This document shows positions 1-11,864 of a DNA stretch of 64,000 nucleotides, one piece after another. The notes beneath the pieces are model-generated. The model worked only from the letters and a program-made list of their open reading frames with translations, was not told the origin of the DNA and did not search any database. The stretch is taken from contig OX597833.1 in assembly GCA_951406725.2 (NCBI GenBank), positions 70,184,001 to 70,248,000 on the forward strand, in the 5' to 3' direction. Every line of letters starts with the position of its first letter. The stretch's first letter is position 1. The translations under genes and the position numbers were made by a program. This stretch comes from Octopus vulgaris (Eukaryota).

Positions 1-184
1 ATGCCAGGCATTGCTACCAACATACAGAAGGACTATTAAAAGCCAGATTCTGTCCAGCGTTGTAGTAGTTCCACCAATCCATTCTAGACTAGTAATCTTT
101 TGCTGGTATCGAAACTATAAAAGGTTGGATCTGCTGGATTTGAAAGCAAGACACTGCGAAAACAAGAATACAATAAACACTTAC

Positions 185-245
185 TTTCCTGCTTTGGAAC
201 TCTTTCATTGGAATTCCATCACCAAGAAAATCCCATCGCTTTAAA
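185..245 (-). CDS. LOX-A coding exon 10
   Basis: tag|LKRWDFLGDGIPMKEFQSRK|gtaag, 61 nt; aligns to [24 protein letters not shown]. Confidence 0.88.
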
Positions 246-3200
246 CTATAAAGAAATACAAACATAAAAACATGAATGGAATGGTTTATGACACAGAAAT
301 TATTTCTGCGAATCTATGTGAAGATATTGGTGATTATTTTGAAAAGTTCTGCAACAAATTGTACGTTTTTGTGTGTATCTGTTTGTATGTTGGTATGTTT
401 GCATACATGCATACACACAACATACATACACACACAACATGCACACACACAGACACATACCATACACACACACATATATATATATGTATGAAAAGGCGGC
501 GAGCTGGCAGAAACGTTAGCACGCCAGGCGAAATGCTTAGAGGTATTTCGTCTGCCGTTACGTTCTGAGTTCAAATTCCGCCGAGGTCGACTTTGCCTTT
601 CATTTTTTCGGGGTCGATAAATTAAGTACCAGTTACGCACTGGGGTCGATGTAATCGACTTAATCCGTTTGTCTGTCCTTGTTTATCCCCTCTGTGTTTA
701 GCCCCTTGTGGGTAATAAAGAAATATATATATATGTATGAGACTGGATTTTTTCTATGTGTGCGTGAGTGTATCTATGGCTCTACTTTTTTCGATATCCC
801 TCTGTTAAATACCATATTTTATTTTTACTAGGGAAAAGTTTCAAATTCACTTCGAAATTTTGACTATTTCGCTTTCATCAGTTAGTAACTTCTCTTTGTT
901 TTCCACGTCTTGTTACATATCAAAATTCAAGAAGTCTTTGGACAAATTCCTTTAAACCAAAATTCAAGAAGTCTTTGGACAAATTCCTTTAAACCAAAAT
1001 ATTCAAGAAGTCTTTGGACAAATTCCTTCAAACAGTCCCGGACAAACCACCCACACCCAGATATGTCTCCGCAAACCATAACTCTCTGCTCGAATGGGCC
1101 TTGGTGCCCAAATCCTGAATTGAAAGACTTCGCCAGGTGATGCTATTAAGTTAGACATGGCTTGGTCCAATACTGGACAAAACCTTTCTAAGTTATTCTA
1201 AGTTATATCCCTATTTGTAAATGAGTGTATTTTTTAGAGCGAAGAAGCTAGTTCACATAAGTAGATGCTGAATAAATTAAAAGGCTTGAAGTATTAACGA
1301 TATTATATTTACAGTAAGTTCAGTAGGTTAGTCAAAGAGTAGGAAACATGAAGCTATTCCGTGATACGAAGAGAGAGTATGAAGCCATACAAATTTAGCA
1401 AGGTTTGTTTTTTACTTTGTTTGAATTGTTGAGGAGATTTTCGAATCAATACTACATGGATGCTTTGGGACTTCAATGAAATTATATATTTTGTAAGTGA
1501 GGTATCTTTAATCTTGTTTCGGTTTCAAAACGTGTGCGTATGTTGAGGGTAACGACGTTTTAAGCAGACTGGCAGTTAAATCTATTATATACCGTAAGAG
1601 ACTGCAGCTGGTGTAATGGCATTGGCAGTAATTGTTGCGTTACATATTATGTTACTGACGAGGCAATTTATATCTAGACCGCAGATTTTTTTTGGAAGGG
1701 TGGAGAGCTTGGTGAATAGCTTGAATTTTAATACGCAGATAATTTCTGGTGCTTCTAATTATCAATAGACTATTCAAAGTTCCTAGCTGCAAAATATATT
1801 TCCAATCATCTTTCGAACTTTGTCGATATGTACGATCCTTCTGATGACGAGATGAATGGGAGAACTTAGAAGCTTCTGGAATAAGTCACAGTAGAAGCCA
1901 GTCTCTTTGATCAGCTCTGACACGCCTCAGTATAAAGCAAGCTTCTGGCTGTGCGGTGGGAGATTTCTACGAAGATGGAAAGAAAGGAGCAAGATATGCC
2001 TTTCTACTCTAGGTGCAAGGCCCAAAATTTGGGGGGTGGGGCCAGTCAATTAGATTTATTGTCCCTGAAAGGATGAAAGGCAAAGTCGACTTCAGCGGAT
2101 GTGAACTCAGAACATAAAGACAGACGAAATACCACTAAGCATTCCCCCCAGTGTGCTAAAGTTTCTACCAGCTCACCGCCTTGAAAGGAGCAAGATATTG
2201 AGAATGGTAAGATTTATGTAGAATTATTCAGTGCCAGCGTTGTTTTACATGGGATTGCGCCGTTTTGATGGAGTTTCTGGCAGTCATTTGACTAGTGCCG
2301 TCAGATACTGAATGTGTGGTCCACATCAATATATATATATATATGAATGTATGTATGTATTATGCACATATGTGCATAATATGTGCATTGAACTGGGCGC
2401 CACTGCGTGGTGCCAAGGACTCCAAATTTGCCATCAAGATGTAGGACAAGATACTGCAATAGCCTGGGCTTCAGAGGTCCACAGCTCTTCAATATCCTCC
2501 CGAAGGACCTGAGAGACCTGCATGGGGTGGATGTAGGTGTCTTCAAAATAAAGCTGGACCTCTTCCCGTCAGGTGTCCCAGATGAACCAACTTCACGGCA
2601 GGAGGTGCAGATGAGGGCAGCTGCATCAAACTCTCTCATGCACCAAATGTCAATTGCTAAAAATCATTCGTGAAGTAAAATCATGTAGCAACACCGAATG
2701 GCGGTGCCCCAACATGGCCACAGCTCGTGAGCTGAAACTAGATGAAAAACAAATATGTATGCATGTATGTACACTGGTGGGAGTTCGAACAGATAAATAT
2801 CTATATGTCTGTATATATGAATATACACCTGCTCACGTATATGTCTGTGTTTGTTGTGTTTGTTCAGAAAATGACTTACCTTTTGTCTATAAGTTGAAAC
2901 ATATGTTCTGTTCGAATTGGCATTATCTTTTCGGTTAAACTTCCAGGGTTTACAAGGCTTTTAAATGCATTACTACAAAGAAAATATGAAGCAGATCAAA
3001 AATGATGTAAATTCACTGAGGAAAGTTCCAAAGCAAACCAAAAGAACAAATATACAAACGTATACATATACTTAAAAACAGGTACCTGGGTCTTGTTCAA
3101 AACTTTGCCTGCGCTAGCGAAGATTTTCGCTCAGCGCCCTGTGTGTATATATGTATGTATGTTATATGTAGGCAGATTATGTCACAAGATCACCATTGTG

Positions 3201-6200
3201 TGGACATGTTTTGATGTCACATGAACGTGTTCTCCATTTAAAGTAGCCAATTAAATGCTGGCGAGAAGTCAACGGCAGCAACATTAGACGAAAGATAAAG
3301 AGAGCTTTAAAATGTTATTTTATTCACTTCTCACGGCAATTAAACGTATTAAACATTTGTTTCGATTTTTGAAAAAGAAGGTTTATACATGTGTTGTTAC
3401 TGGTAAAATTTCAAGAAAGCGACAAGGAAATAACAGCGGATTTATCTCTTGTTATTACAACAGCAAAATAAAAGAAAAAAAAAACTCACAAATTGATGGC
3501 CAAAAGGAAAAGTGTGTGAGGTGCCAAAATCTTGTAGACTGGATGCGACACAGATATGTTTCTGTGTAGGGCAAGGACAACCACTTGCATCAATAAATGA
3601 GTTAAACCTGCAAAAATGTATTCGTTTAAAGTTTTTGTGAATTTTTATACATTGGACATGGTGGTGGGTATGTCAGTCATGTATTTGAGTCAACTTCGGT
3701 GGAATTTGAACGCGGAATGTAAAGACAGAGGAAATGCCGCTAAGAGTTTTGCCCGGCATGCTAACGATTCTGCCAGCTCGCCCACGTAATAATAATAATG
3801 ATGTTTTCAAATCTTGGCACAAGGCCAGCAATTGCAGGGGAGAGCGTAAGGGGGTTACATCTATCCTGGTGTTCAACTGGTATTTAATTTATTGACCACG
3901 AAAGGATGAAAGGATGAAGGTAAGCTAAGCATTTTGTCCGGCATGCTAATCATTCTACCAACTTGCCAACTTTTGTGGAGATGAGAAAATGGAATAAGGG
4001 CAGAAGTTTTGAAGGGAGAGAATGTCGACTACATCGTCCCCGTGCTCATATGGTACCTACTCTACCGTTCCCGAAAGAGAAAAAAAAACAGGGAAAGAGG
4101 ACCTTAGCGGTATTTGAACTTAGAACGCAAACAGCCGGAAATAATCCACCCCACTCCACCCCCGCTAAGCGTTTTGTTCTGCTAACGATTCTGCTATAAT
4201 CACCGTAACTTGTACTTATTTCAACGATCCTGGAAAGCATAAAAAGCAAAGTCGACCCTCGGGTTTTCCTTTCGTTTTTCCAGGCCGGATAAAATGAAGA
4301 AACAAACAAGTAGTCTGTTTGAATCCAATCGCCTGCACCCTTCCTGCCATTTCTAGAACGTTTTGGCGTCTGTACCCAGAAATTATAGTTACCCGCATGT
4401 GTGTGTGTGTGTATGTATCTCCATGCTTTTCCCCCATTACCTTTTTGTTGCCGTTGTCGGTGTGTTTACGTCCTATAACTTAGCGGTTCGGCAAAAGGGG
4501 TCTATGGAATAAAGACTAGGCCTTAAAGAAGAAGAATAACCACTGGAACCATTCAACTAAAAATTCTTCAAGGCAATGCTCCAGTATGGCCACAGTCTAA
4601 TGACTGAAAGAAGCAAAAGTTAAAAGATTAAGAAAATACAATACCCAGATGAGCGGAAATTTGATGGCAGGTGGAGTCAGCCATGTTGAACCACATCTTA
4701 GCAAGAGTCCAGACGTAATGATCGTCCGTAGGAAGAAAGACCTTCAAGAAAATACAGATTGTGATATTTTAATGGTGGATGTATGGAAAGACAAATGAAA
4801 TTAACTGGAACATACAGATATAGGTATACATCTATGTGTAGGCGCAATGGCCCAGTGGTTAGGGCAGCGGACTAGCGGTCGTTGGATTGCGGTTTCGATT
4901 CCCAGACAGGGCGTTGTGAGAGTTTATTGAGCGAAATCACTTAAGGCTCCACGAGTCTCCGGCGGGCGGGCGGGCGGGAGAGGGGTGAACCCTGCTGTAC
5001 TCTTTCAATAGGCGCAGCAGCGGCTGTGTGATAAGTAGCTTGCTTACCAGCCACGTTGTTCCGAGTTCAGTCCCACCGCGTGGCACCTTGGGCAAGTGTC
5101 TTCTGCTATAGCCTCGGGCCGACCGAAGCCTTGGTAGACGGAAACTGAAAGAAGCCTGTCATATATATATATATATATATACATGTGTGTGTGTATGTGT
5201 GTGTGTGTGTGTATGTGAGTATGTTTGTGTGTCTGTGTTTGTCCCCGCCAAAATCGCTTGACAACCGATGCTGGTGTGTTAGCGGCTCGGCAAAAGAGAC
5301 ATATAGAATAAGTACTAGGCTTTATAAAGAATAAATCCTGGGGGCCATATTTCTTCGACTAAAGGCGGTGCTCTAGCATGGCCGCAGTCAAAATGACTGA
5401 AACAAACAAAAAGAAATAAAAGAATGTATGTATTTACATGTTTGGACGCGAGGCGGATGCTACGATTAAATACTCTGCGAGAGCGACTGGTGTTAGAGAG
5501 TAAATTGTAGGCTATATAATTATTATTTCTAAGACTTACATACACATAAAAACATATGAATATAATATATCACGTGATCACGTGATCACGTGACCGACCA
5601 GGCTATCAGATGCTGTTACACATCGCTGGTCACAATGCGTCCGCAATGTTTTAGCCTTCGAATGACGCCACCCCGCTGGCTAAGCGAGCAGGCCAACAGA
5701 AAGAAAGAGTGGTGAAAGAGTACAGCAGGGATCACCACCCCCTGCCGGAGCCTCGTGGAGCTTTTAGGTGTTTTGGCTCAATAAACACATACAACGCCCG
5801 GTCTGGGAATCGAAACCGCGATCCTACGGCCGCGAGTCCGCTGCCCTAACCATTGGGCCATTGTGCTTCCATGAATATAATATATATAATATCATATTTA
5901 TATAAAAGTGTTATAAATTGATTTTATTTCTGATAACTGCGTTAATAAATTCCCCACCTGGATGGGGCGCCAGTCCTTTACAGGGTAACTCATTTTTGCC
6001 AGCTGAGTGAACTGGAGCAACGTAAAATGAAGTTTTTTGCTCATTAAAACAACGTGTCGCCCACTCCAGGAATCGAAACCACAATCATATGATTCTGTGT
6101 GCAACACTTTAAGCACTAAGCCACGCGACTCCACTAATTATAGATAGACTACTCTAAATAAAGTAAAGAACTGTTAATGAGTTGTAGTTTTATAAGTAAC

Positions 6201-9183
6201 ATTGAATATCACGTGATCACGTGACCGACCAGACCATCAGATGTTGCTACACATCGCTGGTCACAATGCGCTTCGCATTGTTTTTTAGCCTTCGAATGAC
6301 GCCACCCCGCTGGCTAAGCGAGCAGGCCAACAGAAGAAAGAGTGAGAGGAGGAGTGGTGAAAGAGTACAGCAGGAATCACCACCCCCTGCCGGAGCCTCG
6401 TGGAGCTCTTTAGGTGTTTTCGCTGTTTTAGGTGTCTGGGAATCGAAACCGCGATCCTACGACCGCGAGTCCGCTGTACTAACCACTGGGCCATTGCGCC
6501 TCCACAACGTTGAATATAGTGATGAATAATGCAGTGAGTGGACGCAGTGTATTAGCGCTAGAAATGACTCCCAGCAAGTATCTTATTGGAAGTTGAAACC
6601 GGGGAATGAAATCGAGATAGTAAAATTACTTTTGAAAAGTAATTAACCTTTAATCCATCGAACAAAGGTTACAGCGTTTTAGCAGGTATTTGTCGAAATG
6701 GCGATAAATATCGAAAACCTCTGCTCTGACATTTAAATAGTCTACGGATTTGTTAAAGTTGTTGAATTTGAAGCTATTATAGAAAACTGAAAGAGTCTCA
6801 GACTAAAATATGCAGGAAAATATTGTTTAATAAAGAAATAGACTATTTTTTGAAACACTTACAGGATTACTTCGTCCTTTCCGTTGTTGTAGCTGTATAG
6901 CAATTGGTGTCAACTCATCTTCGTAATCCAGCATAAACAATGCAATGGGAACACAGACCTGGAATATAAAAATATTAAAATAATACACGCACAGACGTAC
7001 GCTCGCATGCGCGCGCACATACACACATATACATACATATCGCCATGATAGATCGTTAGCCACTACACACATCTTTTTCTTTCCTTGTTTCTCTCCTTGT
7101 TTTTTCTGTGTCCCTTTCTGTAGAAGAGCGTAGGCTCGAAACGTAAAAGACTTTTTCTTTTCCTGCGCGTTATACTAATACACCTGTTTGTTTTGTACAC
7201 CACCTGTCTTCGTCTTTTGTTTTGTTTTTTGTAAACTCTCCCTATATATATGTGTGTGTATGTGTGTGTCTTTGTGTTTGTATGTTTATATACACTTGCA
7301 CATCAATGCATACACATGCACATATATACATATATATGTGTGTGTACATGTGTGTACATGTGTGTGTATGTGTATGTGTGTGTCTGTGTGTGTAGATATA
7401 CAAATATATAGATATGCATAAGCATATATATATAGATATGCATCACGGACTTTCCCGTCGTTAGATAACGTATGAGGGTTCGGTGATTTCATGCCGAACA
7501 ATCTCACAGGTGATTCGTTTATAGTGATCAAATGTTTGTGTTCACATAAGCCCACTCCCTCCGTCAAACTGACATTACCTGTACAGGTGCACCATATATA
7601 GGCTGTTCCGTTGATCGGATCAACTGAAGCACGCATCGTGAACCTGACTTTTTCAGGCTTTGGATTGATGTAGGGTTCATTCAAAGCCTGAAAGAGATGA
7701 GATCCCGTTTGGAGCCTGCGAAACTTAAAGTAGCACGAAACCGAACCAAGCTGTTTTAAGTAACACGTGTAACTCTTACTAAATGTGTTCATTGCCCTTT
7801 CATTCGTTCGTCTGCTTTCAGAATGTCGTCCATTTTGGTCACCTACGTTTGTGTGTGTGCGTGTGTGTATACGCATGTATATCTGGCAGAAACGTTAGCG
7901 CGCCGGGCGAAATGCTTAGCGGTATTTCGTCTGCCGTTACGTTGTGAGTTCAAATTCCGCCGAGGTCGACTTTGCCTTTCATCCTTTCAGGGTCGATAAA
8001 ACTAAGTACCAGTTACGCACTGGAGTCGATGTAATCGACTTAATACCTATGTCTGTCCTTGTTTGTCCCCTCTGTGTTTAGCCCCCTGTGGGTAGTAAAG
8101 AAATATATATCTGTTTCTTTATTGCCCACAAGGGGCTAAACACAGAGGGGACAAACAAGGACAGACAAACGGATTAAGTCGATTACATCGACCCCAGTGC
8201 GTAACTGGTACTTAATTTATCGATCCCGAAAGGATGAAAGGCAAAGTCGACCTCGGCGGAATTTGAACTCAGAACGCAACGACAGACGCAATACCGCTAA
8301 GCATTTCGCCCGGTGTGCTAACGTTTCTGCCAGCTCGCGGCTGTATATGCATGTATATCTGTGTATGTGTGAGTGTATGCGTGTTAGCATGTGTATCTGT
8401 TTATGAGTGTATGTGTGTATGCATGTGTATCTTTGTATGTGTGTTTATATGTGTATGCATACATATATAAGGCGGCGAGCTGGCAGAAACGTTAGCACGC
8501 CGGGCGAAATGCGTAGCCGTATTTCGTCTGCCGTTACGTTCTGAGTTCAAATTCCGCCGAGGTCCACTTTGCCTTTCATTCTTTCGGGGTCGATTAAATA
8601 AGTACCAGTTACGCACTGGGCTCGATGTAATCGACTTAATCCGTGTGTCTGTCCTTGTTTATCCCCTCTGTTTTTAGCCCCTTGTGGGCAGTAATATATG
8701 TGTGTATATGTATATCTGTGAATGTGTGTATACATGTGCACCAATGTGTGTGCGTGTGTGTATGTGTGTGTGTGTGTGTGTGTGTGTCTGTATGCGTGTA
8801 TGTAACTTACATCAAATCCTTGTTTGTGGCCAATGCCTTCCAAAATTTCTAAGTCTGCGTAAAACAGTCGTTTCTTTTCGATTAGTCCTTCCAATGTTTC
8901 TCCATCCAGAACTGGTTTCATCATCTCCTCATCCACTGCAAGTCTACAAGAAGCAAGAAATAAAATGAGGGAAAAGGAATCAGAGGAATTTGTTGACTGC
9001 CTGCATTTGCAAAAACCCTTATGAAGTAAAGTTGATGGAATTTAGATAAATTCAAATGTCGCAGAGAGAAAGGATCTTTGAGAAAAGTCTTTGAGTCAAA
9101 GAGAACCAAAACGATTTCTTTCTCTCGCTGAAGATAACGATTCGCTTATAGAAACGTTCGTTTTCCATCTCCCCATAATACAC

Positions 9184-9254
<71 letters not shown>

Positions 9255-11807
9255 ATATATATATAAGCTACGCACATACGTCTGTATTTCTCATCCTTTA
9301 CTCGTTTCAGTCGTGCCCTGGTGAAGCATCTTCTTGAAGAATTATTTTAGTTGAATGAATTGACCCCAGTATTAAATCTTTTTTTTTTCTTACCCTGGTA
9401 CTTATGCTATCGGTATCTTTTGCCGAATCTCTAAGTATTGAAAACGTAAAGAAATCAACGTCGCTTTTCAGGCGATGGTGGGAGACAAACACAGACACAA
9501 AGACACACACTCACACAAGCATACATACATGTATAAAGGCTTCTTTCAGTTTCCGTCTACCAAATCCACTCACAAGGCTTTGGTCGGCCCGAGGCCATAG
9601 CAAAAGACAGTCGGCCAATATGCCATGCTGTGAGACTGATTTGATAGTAAACTTCTTGCTACATAACCATGAATGCGCCTGTAGCATCTTATCATCGAAC
9701 TCAAAACATGAGTAGAAGTATTTTAATCTTTTGTATTTTTAATCGGCAGGAGTTACAGTGTGGCTCAAGGGCCGAGAATTTCTTGCTTGACCCTTATCAA
9801 ACTGCAGTTTGATAATATATAGACAATGGCCAATCTGAGGTTATGTCAGATGATACTCGCTCCAGAGAACGGAAGAATTGTCTCAAGGAAACGAAACCAA
9901 TATTTAACTGAAGGAAATCTATTATTGTCTAAAAACAAAAATTAAAAACATTTTCTGTAATAGCTTCAAATTCAACAACTTTAACAAATCCGTAAACTAT
10001 TTAAATGTCAGAGCAGAGGTTTTCGATATTTATCGCCATTTCGACAAACACCTGCTAAAACGCTGTAACCTTTGTCACTATCACCAAATTCGATGGATTA
10101 ATAAAATGTGAACTTTGGCACAAGGCCAATAAGTCCGGCGGTGGAGATGGTAAATCGATTACATCAACCCCAGTGTACAACTTGTACCTATTTTATAGAT
10201 CCCGAAGGGATGAAAGACAAAGGCGACCTCAGCGGAATTTGAACTCAGAACGTAAAGACGAACGAAATACTGCTAGGCATGTTAACCGGAGTGCTTAATA
10301 ACTTTGCCAGCTCACCGCCTTAAATTCATCTGGAATATTCTGTGGATTTTGGTGAAGCTTAGCGATCCCCTAATATTTAAATTACTCCTGTTTAAATATA
10401 CAATTGTTCTAAATAGGGAAAATATTGACTTACTTTGAATGGATTTCTTCACACAGTTTTATTGATTTGGGGTTACAACCATTAAGTCGTTGATATCCAA
10501 ACCACGTGTCATCGTGCCAGTATTCATAAACCTGTGGTGTATAACAAAGACAACAAGGGGCTAAACACAGAAGGGGACAAACAAGGACAGACAAACGGAT
10601 TAATTCGATTACATCGACCCCAGTGCGTAACTGGTACTTAATTTATCGACCCTGAAAGGATGAAAGGTAAAGTCGACCTCGGTGGAATTTGAACTCAGAA
10701 CGTAAAGACAGACGAAATACCGCTAAGCATTTCGCCCGGCGTGCTAACGTTTCTGCCAGCCCGCCGCCTTTCTCTTTATATAATCTCGGATAATAATATC
10801 TAATGTATCCTTTTTTAAGTCGTTCTATCATTTGGGTGAGATCTAGTTTCTATTTCTAGTGGATAACGCAACCACATAGTGACTCACGCAGCTTGGCCTT
10901 ACACTGGTGCAGATCAACGACAGATGTACAAAACTGCCGACGCATTCAAGAAAAAATCCAATATGTTATTCATTTCGATACAAACACTCCCTTGTCACTC
11001 GTCCTCATCGAAATGACTCTACACTAATGGTGCTCTGTTGTAAACCTATAAGCTACGACGCTATACTTCACATCATGTGATAGAATTTTTCAAGGACTTA
11101 CCTTTGGTTTCGTGATCCCTTCTTTGTAGTAAATGTTCGTCAGATCATCCAACGTCTCCCAGGAATCTGTTGTGATTGAACTTATCCAGTTCTTCAGCTT
11201 AACCTCCAACTTGGTTGTGAATAAGAGTTTCTGAAATAAAATGTTTCATTTCGTTTAAGGAACGAAAGGCAACGTTTACCTTGGCATAAAAGAACATAAC
11301 TGATTCGGAAGCTGTATTAGTTCGATGCTGTACACAAATGTTCCATCATCCCATGCATACATACACACAGAGGGGACAAAGAAGGACAGACAAACAGACT
11401 CTTCCCTGCTGTCGGGCAGAGAGGAGCAGAAAAAAAGGGTTCCATATGTCCTTATAAAATTATATGGCTCCAAAGACTTTTAGTCTCTTATTGGTCGAAA
11501 TAATTTACTTCACAAAGGTAACCTACAGTTTTGGTAACGAATTTGATGTCGATTAATCAACACCCACCTAATAAATTGTACACGTATTAAATTATATGAA
11601 AATATCTCTTTTTAATCTCTGTGATTAAGCTAGACTATTTTAAAACTTCCGGCTCTGTAATTATCAATGCATTATTCTAACCAACAACAAGATACATCGA
11701 GAACTATTCTCTTGTTATTTAAGAAATTCAAAGTAAAATATATGGAAACAACTTTGTTCTTATATCTATGAATTAGACTTCAAATTTTGTGTGTACACAT
11801 CTGTGCA

Positions 11808-11864
<57 letters not shown>

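Noticed and set aside
1-156. Possible LOX-A exon 11 after the AG at 154-155
   Set aside because: The intron would be only ~30 nt, the frame hits a stop and there is no YxYRDD motif; exon 11 lies outside the window.
314-640. Recurring ORFs '[27 protein letters not shown]' (also 8197, 8401, 42849, 50612)
   Set aside because: Antisense translation of the S2 SINE, not a gene family.
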